From contig CM119372.1 of assembly GCA_051294905.1 (NCBI GenBank), positions 7,876,001-7,940,000 of the forward strand: 64,000 bases of DNA, written 5' to 3'. The translations under genes and the position numbers were made by a program. The stretch comes from Botryllus schlosseri (Eukaryota). Below, piece after piece: positions 12,401-24,200 of this stretch (position 1 is the stretch's first letter; the number at the start of each line of letters is the position of its first letter). The notes under the pieces are model-generated. The model was not told the origin of the DNA, made no database searches, and worked only from the letters and a program-made list of their open reading frames with translations.

Positions 12401-15400
12401 TTCGAATCGAAGACATTGTATATATATGTATCATAAATTCATTTCATCAACTGATCAGTCTGATCACCAATTATAATGTTGTTTCTTAGTATTGAGTATT
12501 CGCAACTGGGAATCGGTGTTATATATAGGCTACTGCGAACCCATTGCTCCAGTCACCTTCGTAATGCGAGCTTCCGTATGTCATCGAGACTTTTGCTCTA
12601 ACGAATTCTGCAACAAACTAACAGGCTATACCAGGGGTGGGCAATTATTTTCCTCCGCGGGCCAAATGAGAAGTAGAAAATACGTTGGCGGGCCGAGTGA
12701 AATTTTTTAGCTATATTCTCCAGCGTATTTTAATTTCATTTCTAATTTACATTGTTAATATATGCAGCTCAGTGAATGTGTTCAGGTCAGGTAACGAGAA
12801 GGGGACGGTTAATTAAAAAATATATATTTGCCTTCATAATTCGAAATAATATTAAACATGATACATTTTAACTCTCTTTAAACCTCTATCCACGTTATTC
12901 TATTAAGATTCTAGAAAAGAGGTTCTCAAACTTTTTTAGTGAAAATTTCATGCCCCTTATCATGATATGACAAAATTTTAAAAAGTGCAATCAGAATGCT
13001 AGCAATCCCATCGAATAGTTTGATGACATGGAAGTTTATGGCTATTGATGAGTTAATTCTGAAATATCAAAGTCGGACAATTACACAGAGCATAACTGTA
13101 AGCTGGGGGTGAATCACGCGAAGCGCGAAAAAAAAATCAATAAACTTCGGCTTCGCGCCCACTACTGATGCTTTCACGCCCCCCGGTCGAGAACCCCTAA
13201 ATTGTATATGCAATGGAGTACGAAGCTTATTTTCTTGGTCGCTGCCTTCCTAGCAGTGTGCACCAGACATGGGGTGATTACTTCATGAATGTAATCGATT
13301 GCGATTACGATTACTTCGGAATGACGCGATTACGATTACGATTACGATTACAGCAAAATCAGGAAGTAGTCGATTACGATTACGATTACATTGGAAAAGT
13401 AATCACGATTACTCACGATTACATTTATTTTGCATCTTAGTAGTTATATTGGAAGACAATACATGGATTGCGATGAAAAGGGCTAATGAGATAACATCTT
13501 TCTTTAAAACAGATGCGACATTTGCGTGTTACGTCATAATGTACATGTTTCCCATTTTATAGAGGACGATTTATCGCACTCATTGATTTGCATTCTTGCC
13601 GGGTCCATAACTGCTGCACCCCAAATTCCCCAATAGGGTGGGGAGCGTGCTCGGAGGGGACGCAAAAGTATTTCGTGAACCAACATAAATTATAGAGTAT
13701 TCTCGACTGATTTCATTAACTTGAAAATTCTCTTTGAGCTTTGCCATTTAAATGTCTCTAGATAGCTTGATTTCGAAATGCATACGTCTCCCCTCAAGAA
13801 ATAAAGGATGAATAATTCATAGTTGTTGTTGTTGTTGTTGTTTTCATTAACTCATATAATTGGCGCTTGCCACTCGTGGTTATTTGCGCCCACACAGTAA
13901 ATTTCATAATCGCATAATGGCATGTCTTCGTGAACTTCAGTCTTTTTTCGGCTCATTTGCTGCCTTCTTTCATGAGTTCGGCTCTCTCTTCGTCTGGGCT
14001 TTTCAATGCGCTGTACTACAGCGGGATCGGCGATGAGGAGCCCAGATAAACCTCCGACACATAGAAACATGGCAGAGCCGAGACTCGAACCATCAACCAT
14101 CGATGTCGTGACTACAGTGTTTAAACAACTGCGCCACTCGCTTCCCAATAATTCATAGTAATAGGCATTTTGGTGCCTGTCAATACCACGCCCCGACACA
14201 CCAAAAGAAATATGCAGTTTCAGCCAAAATGCGACTCTACGAAGTGTGCTATCAAAGAAAGACGTTGGCCGAAACTTGGGGTATGGGTCCATTGTCAATA
14301 GCCGCGCGGGGTGGGCGTGACTAACAGTCCGGTCCTTCCAATCTGAGCCCACGATGCAAATGCCACGCAGGCACCCGCAGAGCATTAGACATGACAATTT
14401 GTGTGTGCGTCTCACTTAAGTTTTTCTTCTAGTCTGCTAAGTTTGGGCCACTACAATATCTTTTGACTATATAACAGACCGGAGGTCACGGATTAACAAC
14501 ATGTACTACAGTAATTATTGCAAGATACCAGATGTTATAATTATGGATTACGCGCCCCCTGCTCTTCAGGTAAGTCTGACCATCGGGGGCTGAGATAGGA
14601 TTAAAAATGCAATATAACGCAATTACCAATTTTATTGACGAAATTAAATCTTCAAGTTGAAAATTGACTACCCTTTGGGAGCCCACGACCAATGTTTGGA
14701 GTGGAGGACGATTTTGCTGTTTTTATCCTGATTCTAGCTACAACCCACGCTAACATGGTATATAAGCCGATGGCTATGGCGGCAGGTCCAAAACTTCAGT
14801 AAAGAATTATGAAATAGCAATTGGCACCCGTTTTGAGTAGAATAATATGAGAATAAGAGTAGATGAAAATAAAGTTCTGCCTTCAACTTAATACAGATAA
14901 TGTCATGCAAGCTGCCATTACGAGAAACGGCAAAAACGGCGCGGTTATGATATATATCAGCAGCTGTTGATTTCTAAAGCTTCGTTGTGGAAACCGTAAT
15001 ATTTTATTTGCGAGTACAAAATTTCAAACCTTTGTCTGGTGTACGTTCGTACCAGTACATAGGCCTACTCCTCGCCAAGCAGCAACGGTCAAATTGCGTT
15101 TAACTAAGCATAACCAAACATCGATACAAAAGTTTCTATTTTAAACTAGGGACTGCAGAGAGGTGGTTAATTATTCTGCAGCGAGGTAGTGGCGTCTGAA
15201 ATGTATTGATAACCCGATATACTGAACGGTGGGTGTTTTACAATCACACTAATGTACATCGAATATCTATTTACTATAAGTGTGGAATGTGGATACTTCC
15301 TACGCAAAGACGAGCAAAGCCAATAGGCTACTTCTGACGTAATAATGAGCAATGGCATTTGAAAATCAGACGTTTGTGACTCAATACTTGGTATAATATC

Positions 15401-16670
15401 TCTTGCTTGTTAACGAATGTTCAGTTTATGTCACAGTCGTCGTACAAATAAAAAGTAATCGTTCTTTCACAAAGAAATCGATTAAATATGCGAAGTAGTC
15501 GATTACGATTACGATTACTTCGGAATTTTTCCGAATGTAATCGATTGCGATTACGATTACTTGAAAATGCTGTAATCGTCGTAATCGATTACGATTACTA
15601 ATCGCGATTACCCCATGTCTGGTGTGCACTGTGCAGCTTCAGTAGCCTTGATGTTGAGCGAAGCTTGCAGTTTTTCTGAACTCTGCCCTCCCTTGACCGT
15701 GTGTTTCGTGTTTTTGTCATAAGACCGACATTAATTAAAATCCTTAATCTCGGCGACATGCTCTGCAAACACTAAAAGGAAGGTCTTACCCCTGACTCCA
15801 ACAAACAAATATTTAGTGCTTTGAAGTCTAAACCTTCTTTGAATTTCAGTTTGCGGGTTTATTTTTTGCATGCTCGTTACTCCATTATGGGCGATAGATA
15901 TAATGAGTCATATAGTAATCGCGAGCACTGATTGACTCGCTTTACGAATTAGGGATTTGGAAACGTGTCACGTAACGATTTGAAACACATAACGTATAAT
16001 GCGTAATGTGACAATGGCAACAAAGAAGGTTTGGATCAAACTATACGGGAAAACAGTGATTTCTTGTAACTCCAATTGCTACTCGTATTTTGCCATATTG
16101 CCTTTATTGGGAATTTGGATTACGCATGCGTGGTACGTACGCAGCGTAATCGTGGCATATTAATGAACAGGCTTCAAAGTAAACGAATTTCCTGTTAAGT
16201 TGATACAGCCCACGGTTTCAGTCATTCAAAAAGCATGTTTTATGTGTTGAATTCCAAGCAACCTTTCGCGGGCCGCACAGAATGGCTTCGCGGGCCGCAT
16301 GTGGCCCGCGGGCCGCACTTTGCCCAGGTCTGGGCTGTACAGTACCACTTACCGAATTCTCCTGATAAGTGTAGCTCTTGCAAACATCTCCTAAACTGGT
16401 GGCCATGAAAGCCCCTTCGAAAAAGCATTACATTGTAACGAGTTAATGTCACAGATAAGATATTTGCACGAAATTAGGATATGTAAATCTATACATAATC
16501 TACACTCGCTCTCCATACTCCGTCGTACGAGTAAACAGACAAATATAGGCTACATCTGATTCGTATCCCTCTATGCGAGTAGTGGATTATATCGTATTAT
16601 AATGCTGCATAACACTTTGATACTTACCAGCAAATAGTAGTATATAGAAACCCGCAAGTCGATAATCCAT
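3427..16670 (-). CDS. Type I membrane receptor-like protein, copy A (274 aa): signal peptide, divergent CUB-like domain, TM helix, YEEI tail
   Basis: Six GT-AG exons with compatible phases: 16670-16628, 16414-16353, 12066-11901, 8008-7784, 5403-5286, 3637-3427 (825 nt). Protein: MDYRLAGFYILLFAGAFMATSLG/DVCKSYTYQENSETVIHVRGAPPPREACTWSL...KYVSTDSGENGFELRH...IVLIAVIGILAIAIAVIVTICLCK...HSYEEIPAGGIRCNNVS. Every exon and splice site is also present in copy B. The CUB assignment rests on C-x~22-CxW spacing and an S-x-D..GF-x-L-x-(H/Y) C-terminal motif, and is inference. Confidence 0.8.
3761..4090. mobile_element. Long inverted repeat of Penelope-like pLTR type carrying a minimal hammerhead motif
   Basis: ~125-bp near-perfect arms (3761-3886 / 3966-4090). 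Single-arm relatives at ~23905-24030 and ~51605-51720. Confidence 0.6.
4024..4057 (+). ncRNA. Putative minimal type I hammerhead ribozyme
   Basis: ACCC-CTGACGA-G(TGTCAGC)C-GAA-AATATT-C-GGGT: intact core, 4-bp stem I (ACCC/GGGT), palindromic AATATT stem III, UUC cleavage triplet at 4051-4053. Confidence 0.55.
4475..4729 (-). mobile_element. tRNA-derived SINE (MetaSINE-like core)
   Basis: A box TAGTGTAATGG, B box GAGTTCGATCCC, core GGTCATACC...TGGTATCCGCAGCTATCC. Near-identical to 62131-62381. Absent from the paralogous intron of copy B. Confidence 0.85.
5730..7024. mobile_element. hAT/Charlie-like non-autonomous element
   Basis: TIR CAGTGGTTCCCAAC...GTTGGGAACCACTG; TSD GTCTATAC; ATCGCCCCC subterminal repeats. 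Confidence 0.9.
8375..10789. mobile_element. hAT-type MITE with (AATTAC)n arms, containing nested MITEs
   Basis: TIR CAGAGTTG(A/G)ATCAATT; TSD ATACTGAG. Nested elements at 9287-9611 and 9761-10517. Confidence 0.88.
9761..10517. mobile_element. Second copy of the AGTCA-armed hAT-type MITE (opposite orientation, nested)
   Basis: Homologous to 199-1052; TSD GTTTACTA on both sides. Confidence 0.9.
13264..15621. mobile_element. hAT-type MITE with (GATTAC)n arms
   Basis: TIR CAGACATGGGGT...ACCCCATGTCTG; TSD GTGTGCAC. Confidence 0.9.
13960..14145 (-). mobile_element. Second tRNA-derived SINE family
   Basis: GGGAAGCGAGTGGCGCAGTTG (A box)...GGTTCGAGTCTC (B box). Internally deleted sibling at ~8215-8340. 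Confidence 0.65.
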
Positions 16671-17336
16671 TGATGTTTAAGCCTATTCATATCATAAGCC
16701 GCCGCAGGAAAACGAGACAATGAATGGAATGATCACAAGCTCACCACACGCAAATTAGCTAAGTGGCAATATATATATGCCTTTTGTTCGGTCAACTTAC
16801 AAACAATAGTCAAATAGGTGGAATATAGAATTGAACGGTACTTTGCTCTGCTAATGCTGTGGTGCGAAGATGAGCACATGTAAAGGTTTCGTGGTTTATC
16901 TGTAAATGCACAAATATTGCATTCCTTGCAAGTAAAGGGCTTTCCCAATTCACGCAATATGCCCAAAATTCCCATCGGTCATCCCATATTAACTTCCAAA
17001 TTATTTTTTGGTTAACTTTGTTTGGAAGACCTACCAGTTCTACAGACAGTGTCTTTCAGACACATATTCTATGTTTAGTTAGAATGTTATATAGTCGCTT
17101 CTGCTCGTACACGCATGCTTCGTGACATGACAATTAGCGGCGTTTCCGTGTGATTGTGTATGTTCTTTAGTCAGAGTGACCTTATATGGTCATGCCTTTC
17201 ACGACTCAGCAGAATTAACTGCTTGCCTCGATCTGTTGGTGGCTATTGTATGGGTAAAAATATAACAATAACAATATGTATCTCATCTGATTCTAGACCG
17301 GCCGGATACAGCTGCATCAAATCTAAGCGACTAGAT

Positions 17337-18971
17337 CAGTGATTCCCAAGTGCGGCCCCCAGCTAGCCTTCTTGCGGCCCCCAAAATATTAAGAAATCGA
17401 GTTATGACAAAAAATTAAATTTAAATTCATAAAATACACTAGCTTGGCTTGGAGTCTGGAGTTTTTAATTAAGACTGCAAGAAAGTCGTGAATAGACTGC
17501 TATCGTTACGTCCAGTTGAACGAGCAGTAGCTATAGATATAGGTAAAGACAGGACTATAACTGCCGCACGCCAAACCCCCAATGAAGGGGGGGGGGCGAG
17601 CTCGAACGGGGCTAAAAATTATTTCGGGAATTAGCATAAATTATAGATTATTTTTGGAAAATTTATGCATCTTTTTCAATTTTTGTTTATTGTAGTCGTG
17701 ATTTCATGCTGCCAAATGTCTTTATTTTTGGGTACTCATCCCCAAGAAAAAATGCGCAAGATTTATTCATAGAAATGTGCATTAGGCCTATCGGCGTTAG
17801 CGTTTACCGCGCCACGACGCACCAAGCGAGAAAATCTTGGCCGAACAGGACTGCCTTTATGCTGGACAAAAACGTCGATGTATATACAAAATACTGTCTT
17901 GGCAATCTTAACCTCGCGAGACAAATACCATCCCGCAGGGAAAATTATATTCCAGTGAAGAAATACCAATTTGAAATCGTATTCGTCTTATAGTGCAGAA
18001 GCCTACGTTTGGGCGATTCTATATTTTTTGATATATAGCAGACAGGAGGTCACGAAATAACATGTTACGGTATCATACTTAATGGGCCCTACAGTTTCCA
18101 AGACACCTCACTCAGCTCTACCGATAAATCTGATTACGTGAGCAGCGAGGACAAGAAATTGATAGCAATATATATGCAATTCCCGATCATACTGACCGAT
18201 TTTATCATGAATTATAGAAAATTTTCGCGCCTGGCGCGGGCTCACTTGACTGTACAACTAGTTTCGTGGCAAAAGCGAACAAGTTGATAGGGATAGGTTT
18301 ATCACCCTATGGGAGCCCAAGACCCAAGTTTACTATTTTTGTGGAGGGGGGCTGACGAAGTGCTGTTTCATTCCTGACAAGGCTTATATACGCCCGAAGA
18401 TGTTTAATTATTATTGAGGGGCCCTACCTTTTCTAACGCACTTTCCTCGGCTCTACCTGTAAAACTGATTACGTGAGCAGAAAGAGGATAAAAATGGATG
18501 GCAATATATATGCAATTCCCGATCATATTGACCGATTCAATCATGAACTACAGAAAATTTTCGCGCCTCGCGCGTCCAGGCGATGAAACCTGACTCACTA
18601 AATCGCCCCGACAGCAGCATAATTGGTAGTCCTATAGCTCACGACCGAAGCGTCCGCATAATTTGATAGGTCCGGTCTCTATCGAAAGCTAGTTTCGCAC
18701 CGATTCCAAAAATGCAAATTGAAATCTCGTCAGGGCAATAAAACTACTCCGAAATAGCCTACAAAGGTCGACTGTTCTGAACAATGGAAGCGCAGCAACT
18801 GAATGACCATAACAATGGCCAATGGCGTCAAGTGATCGATCGGAACAATGCCAATTTTCATATTTTGATGACATTAGGGGTCCGTTTAATTGCCCAGGTA
18901 TTCTTGCGGCCCCGACCTTGCTCTGAAATCCTAAATTTGGCCCCGACACCGAAAAAGTTTGGGAACCACTG
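17337..18971. mobile_element. hAT/Charlie-like element
   Basis: CAGTGATTCCCAA...TTGGGAACCACTG; TSD GACTAGAT. Empty site in unit 2 at ~30974. Confidence 0.88.
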
Positions 18972-21261
18972 GACTAGATAATGATACGTATAAGCTATAT
19001 CAATACAACGGAATATTCCGTTCCGTCATCCCATCATCCATTTATGATCTAGCAGCGCATTTTCGCATCGATTTGTGCATGCATTATCATAATGACAGGC
19101 GTCGTCCGTGTTATGATTTGAGATTTTCTATTGTTATTTTTGCAGCTAAATGTTACACACACGGACAATAATTCCCAGTCATTTATCAAAGTGGTCAAAG
19201 CATTATTATATACTCGAGTAGCCATTATACAGAATTTCAGTTACTGGTAAGCGCTGAGTATTTCAGAAATAGACTCCGTTCGATCATCATCATTGATTGA
19301 GTAACGATATAACTTCGTAAAGTGGATCTCAACCTTTTTGACCTCGCGGCATATCCTCTAAAAGGGGAAAACCAGTTCGCGACACCCCAGCACTTTGAGT
19401 GTACTGACTCCAGGATTTTGCAAGCTATACTGACTAAAAAATGATTATCAACCTACGTCATGTATAGGCCTAACTGTTCAGACCCAGATTTTGATGGTTG
19501 CGCAGGTCATTATTTTCGGTCAAGCGTCATCGCATGTGACTATCTTTTTAGTGACGGTAATGGGAGTTGGCGTAGCAATAATATGTCTATCATTGGGCGG
19601 GCATAGTGGTAAATTCACTGCAAATTCACCACCACCGGCGCTGGAGGCCCAGGTGCGATTTCTGGCCATGGCACATTTCGAAGTGTCGGAGATTTACCTG
19701 GGGTCCTCCGGCTCTACTTTCGTGTTCTACAACGACCACACAAAAAGCACAGTCGATGACGAATACAACTGAAAAAGGGAATGTAAAAGGCGACTAAATC
19801 ATAGTCGAAGAGATCAAGATAGAACACTGTTACATGTGCTGCTGGCACGGCTTCGTCACCGTTGCACTTGCTCGGCGCAAGCAGTTTCTCGACGCGACCT
19901 CCATCTTCTAGTCTCATTTACTGGTATGTGCAATAGGGATGGTGTGAACGTGAGGTTCACGTTTGAAAATTTAGAGGTTCACGTTCACAAACAAACCTTG
20001 GTAGGTTCTGCACTGTGAACCTTTTTCATATATCACAATTTTCATGTCATTATAACATCGTTGGTTGAAATTTATTGCATTTCAACGGCAGGCCACTCTA
20101 TGCATGGCGCTGGCAGCATAAAATATCAACACTAAACGAGCATGCACATTGACATCAAACTTTCTGTTTGTGAGTATTTAGTGACTCTCTGCTGAGCCTG
20201 ACCCGCAATCACGCAACATCAATAGCGAAATACGCTACATGTATAGGTACTATAGGTAGTCAGCGAATGATGCTTATTCAACCAATCAATGAAATTGATA
20301 TCGTTGTCTGATGTAAAAAATCTAGCAAGCGTACGGTGTCCATCTCGATTTCATATGTTTAGTGTATCATAAAAACCAAATTCGTGGGACTGGGGTGTTG
20401 TCTGCTGCTGTATAACGTGTTAATAAGGTAAAACCCATAGCACACTCCGCTCAATATCAACGTAGCAACACTCAGACGCTGAATACATTGTCCGGTCTGG
20501 CCGAGACCGTTGAGGCGTAAGCTTTAACTCCTTTGCAAGTCCTCGTTGAAATTGTTGGCAAAGCGACGGAAGATATTGATTTTATGGAGTTTTTACATCA
20601 TCTGATTGCTCCAGTTGATACATTTGCCGACGTTTAAAGTCAATATCTACTTCAGCATTGTGGCATCATGTGGCCCGAGTCGTCGCTAGGTATCGTGTAC
20701 AATGTACATTAATATATATCACTTCACTGAAATATAGGGTTGAAATTAGCAATCTGCAATCGATTGCAATCTGAGCCCTACAGCACAAATGCGGCTCACC
20801 GAGGAAAACAAGCACCCCAATTCGAAAACACCTGCGTCACACATTTTTCATGGATCTGCGTTTTGAGCAACTGATTGACTCGACCTTTTATATTTCATAC
20901 ATGCCCATGAAACGTAGTATATATCATTAAAAATGCATATATTTCGATTTGCTAGGCTTGGGTAACGAGGTGCCAATAAAAATCAAATTTGGGTCGCGGT
21001 GAAAAAGAGTTTGAGAACCCCTGTAGTAGCATATACTTATGATGATATCTGTAATTGGGCTACTAATTAGCAAATGGAAAATTATCATTTGTGTTTTATC
21101 AGACTTAGAAGCTGCCGAATATTCCTGCATTATTTTTGCTGATTGCTGTGTACGCAAGTGTCAGAAAGTGTATGTTTGCCTATACTTTCAAATTCATTGA
21201 TGTCATGCGGGAACGGAGGAAATACACTCCGAATCCAAATGCGCTTCCATATAGGTCTACT

Positions 21262-24200
21262 CTAGTCCCCAAAAAGCGAATTTTGCACGACTCCACTTAA
21301 ATTATTGCAACGAATCCCACCCGCTGGTATTTCTTCATATGAATGAATTTGAATTGCCTCAAATGTTCTATTCGCGACAGCTTCCTCTTCGATATTCTGG
21401 GTTGAGTGATGGTCCGATTCATTGTTGGTAAGATGGTAGGATGTGTAGTCTGGGCGATTCAATTGGCTTGTAGGTTCGTGATCGTCCTTTCTACCTTTCC
21501 GGCTGTAAGTTGCAATTGGCACACTTACGGGGAAAGTAGAAAATTGTGTATGGGCATGGGCAACGATGACGAATACTACTTAGCCTAAGATGACGAGAAG
21601 AACGTCGAACACGCACTGAAAATATCAAGATGACGATATCAAAGTGTCTTGATGGAAACGATTGCGGTAAACCATATTCCTGACAAATTATTTTATTAAG
21701 GCTCCTATTGCAAAGAGCCTGTAGAATAGACAGACAAGTTTGATGAAATAAATACTCTATATCAAGGAAGAACGAAATATAACATAGTACACAATTTTCA
21801 TTTGACAATGGACAAACTTATTAGCACGCGAAGCAAAAGCGATCAAAGTATTTGATGCAACTGAAGTAGCTGACATGAACTGAAGTAGAAGAATCCTAAA
21901 TGTATTCTCAAATAAGCCTACATATACCAGTACAACTGAAGATTATACCAAGAGATCATAACTCTACTCCAAGTAGGAGTAGAAAAGGTATTGTTTGATG
22001 AGTAGCCTACCCTATAAAGTAGTTCGAATATGTAGATTGAAACGATACGTCCAAGACTTCATTAGCCGTTTGCTGGTGACATGTTGTAAAATTTCAAGCT
22101 GCATCTCTGTCGGCATATAGCACTGAATGACCGATGGTGCCGCAAATACGTTAAATCACGATGGAGATGTTCGGTAACTGTGACAAAAACTTAATAATTC
22201 GACTATTTTGACTTTGGAAACTGTTGTAGTAGAACGGAATTAGTCTAAAATCCACACAACATAGCTCAACCTAGGGATGCATTTGCAACAAACGGTGTTT
22301 TAAAACACTTTGTTGAAACATGTTTTAAACAGTGTTTGATGCGAATTGGTCTGTCTATGACAGTGGTCGGAAGCCCGTTTCGTCGAAGGAGCCATATTCA
22401 CCCTACATTTTCAATTGTCAATGTGAATCCAATGTGACGTCACAATTAATTATTCGTGGCGTCATGGCAAATATAACAATGAAAAACTTGTTTTAAACAA
22501 GGACCTGTGTTTGTTTGAAATTGATTTTTGTTTCAAATGGAACCCTAGTTCGACCAGACGAACTTCTTGAGAGTATTCTGAAAATGGAGAGGTATACTTC
22601 GCTGCTGATCACCACTATCTCCGATTATATATAGACTATATAGACTACGCGCATGAAGGGCATCTGCGCCCTTATATTTACCCAATACAAAATTAAATCA
22701 CGAATGCAGATACAAACCTCTTACACAAGCACATGATTAGTATGACTGCGATGACTATCGCAAGAATGACGATTACCGCTATTAATACTATCTTGAAATC
22801 ATCGTATTGTAATCCACGCGAGCCGCTAGGCTGTACCTCATCATCTGCAATAATAGGACACAACCTGAGCTACAAATCGTTCCATGTTAAATTTGTAAGC
22901 GGAGAAATAGACATGCATATTTTTGTAGGGACAATGGCTATGGTAGCGATATTTTCCCATGCATTGAGAACTTGGCGGTAAATTGTAGATATGTGATTGG
23001 GGCATATTGGTAACATGTAAAGGAGACACGCGTACGTGTCCAAGCATGCATCATCGGTACTTATATCTCGCATACATCGCATGTTTCAGTGCCATGGATA
23101 TTTAGATCCAAATATCCCTGGCCAGTGCTAACCGAAATGGATACCTGGAAAATTGTCGACTTACCTTTACATTCCGCATATGTGTATCTCAATTCAAAAC
23201 ATTTTTCGCCAGAATCGGTTGACGTGAAGTTTATAACCGTCCTAAAAGATTCGAGATTCTTCCACACAAAAGGTCTTCTCGACGAAAACTTGTCTACAAT
23301 CGCGTACAAGCTTTTAATGCTGCAGCTCAAATGTGATGTGGTGTAGATGAATCTAGAGCCGTTGTCGGAATTGCTCACTGGAAAATTTCCTGTGAATGAA
23401 TGGGGATTTTGACCGCCGACCGTAAAAATGCTGCATTAAACCTGGTGAAAAATTTTTTTGGTCCCTTTAAGACAGGGGTCGGAAGCCTTTTTCGGTAAAG
23501 GGGCCATATTGACCGATTGCATTTTTAATTGTCAATATCATTCCATTATGACATCACAATCAAAGATTATTGACGTCATGAATGTTTTGAATGCAACCCT
23601 ATCTATAGTGAATAAATATACTCGCATGTGTATTGAGATTTCCGGATCTACTTCGCTAAACACCAGGTTCGCATGTACTCAGTCAGGTGTGTAAACTTGG
23701 TAAATTAGAATAGGTCACTTATTTACATTTATTATATTACCAGATAGGATTAATAATATTATCCATCTACTATCCAAAAAAGTGTTGATACTGAACTTTT
23801 GCTAACGATACTGAGATTTTACCATTCCATGATAGACAGATCGCTACAAAATTATAGTATTTCAATTCCAGTTTGAAGAGTTTCTTGTAGGTACACGAGC
23901 TTCAATATACAATTCGATAATATTCATATTGAAATAAACCCCGTTATTTTCGGATGACACTCGTCAGGGGTAATCGTCAGCAACTGGTAGAGAATTGGAA
24001 AGAATATTGTCAACGATCAACAATCGTATCCCCAAATGTGACGTCAACGGCATGAAATTTCGATTGATCCAGGCAATCGTATCGCTTGAATAAGTCAGAA
24101 GACTTCGAACTTTCTGGCAGTCAGAGGTGGTCAAAGTAGTCAATAAAGCTACTCAAGTAGAAGTAGAAGTAGCGACAAAAATCTACTCAAGTACGAGTAG

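Larger units (their letters stand above)
12632..16332. mobile_element. hAT/Charlie-like element expanded by nested insertions, in intron 2 of receptor copy A
   Basis: Ends CAGGGGTGGGCAA...TTGCCCAGGTCTG with GCGGGCC subterminal motifs; TSD GGCTATAC/GGCTGTAC. Absent from the 456-nt paralogous intron of copy B. Confidence 0.75.
3300..21150. repeat. Tandem segmental duplication unit 1 (unit 2 ~21170-37370)
   Basis: Collinear homology of exons, introns and flanks: 3316-3700 vs 21170-21570; 4090-5100 vs 21620-22610; 16500-17340 vs 28660-29130 and 30720-30980; 18972-19920 vs 30975-31930; 21027-21148 vs 37253-37370. Confidence 0.85.

Noticed and set aside
12250..12610. Extra receptor exons or a second CUB domain (VSMTYGSSHYEGDWSNGFAV)
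   Set aside because: Indels and stops differ between paralogues, and exon 2 joins exon 3 in phase without it. Treated as intron.
13213..13562. ORFs with RLRLRL, DYDYDY and ITITIT repeats
   Set aside because: They are translations of the (GATTAC)n MITE arm.
13852..14415. 187-aa minus-strand ORF
   Set aside because: Lies within nested repeats and a SINE; no recognisable domain.
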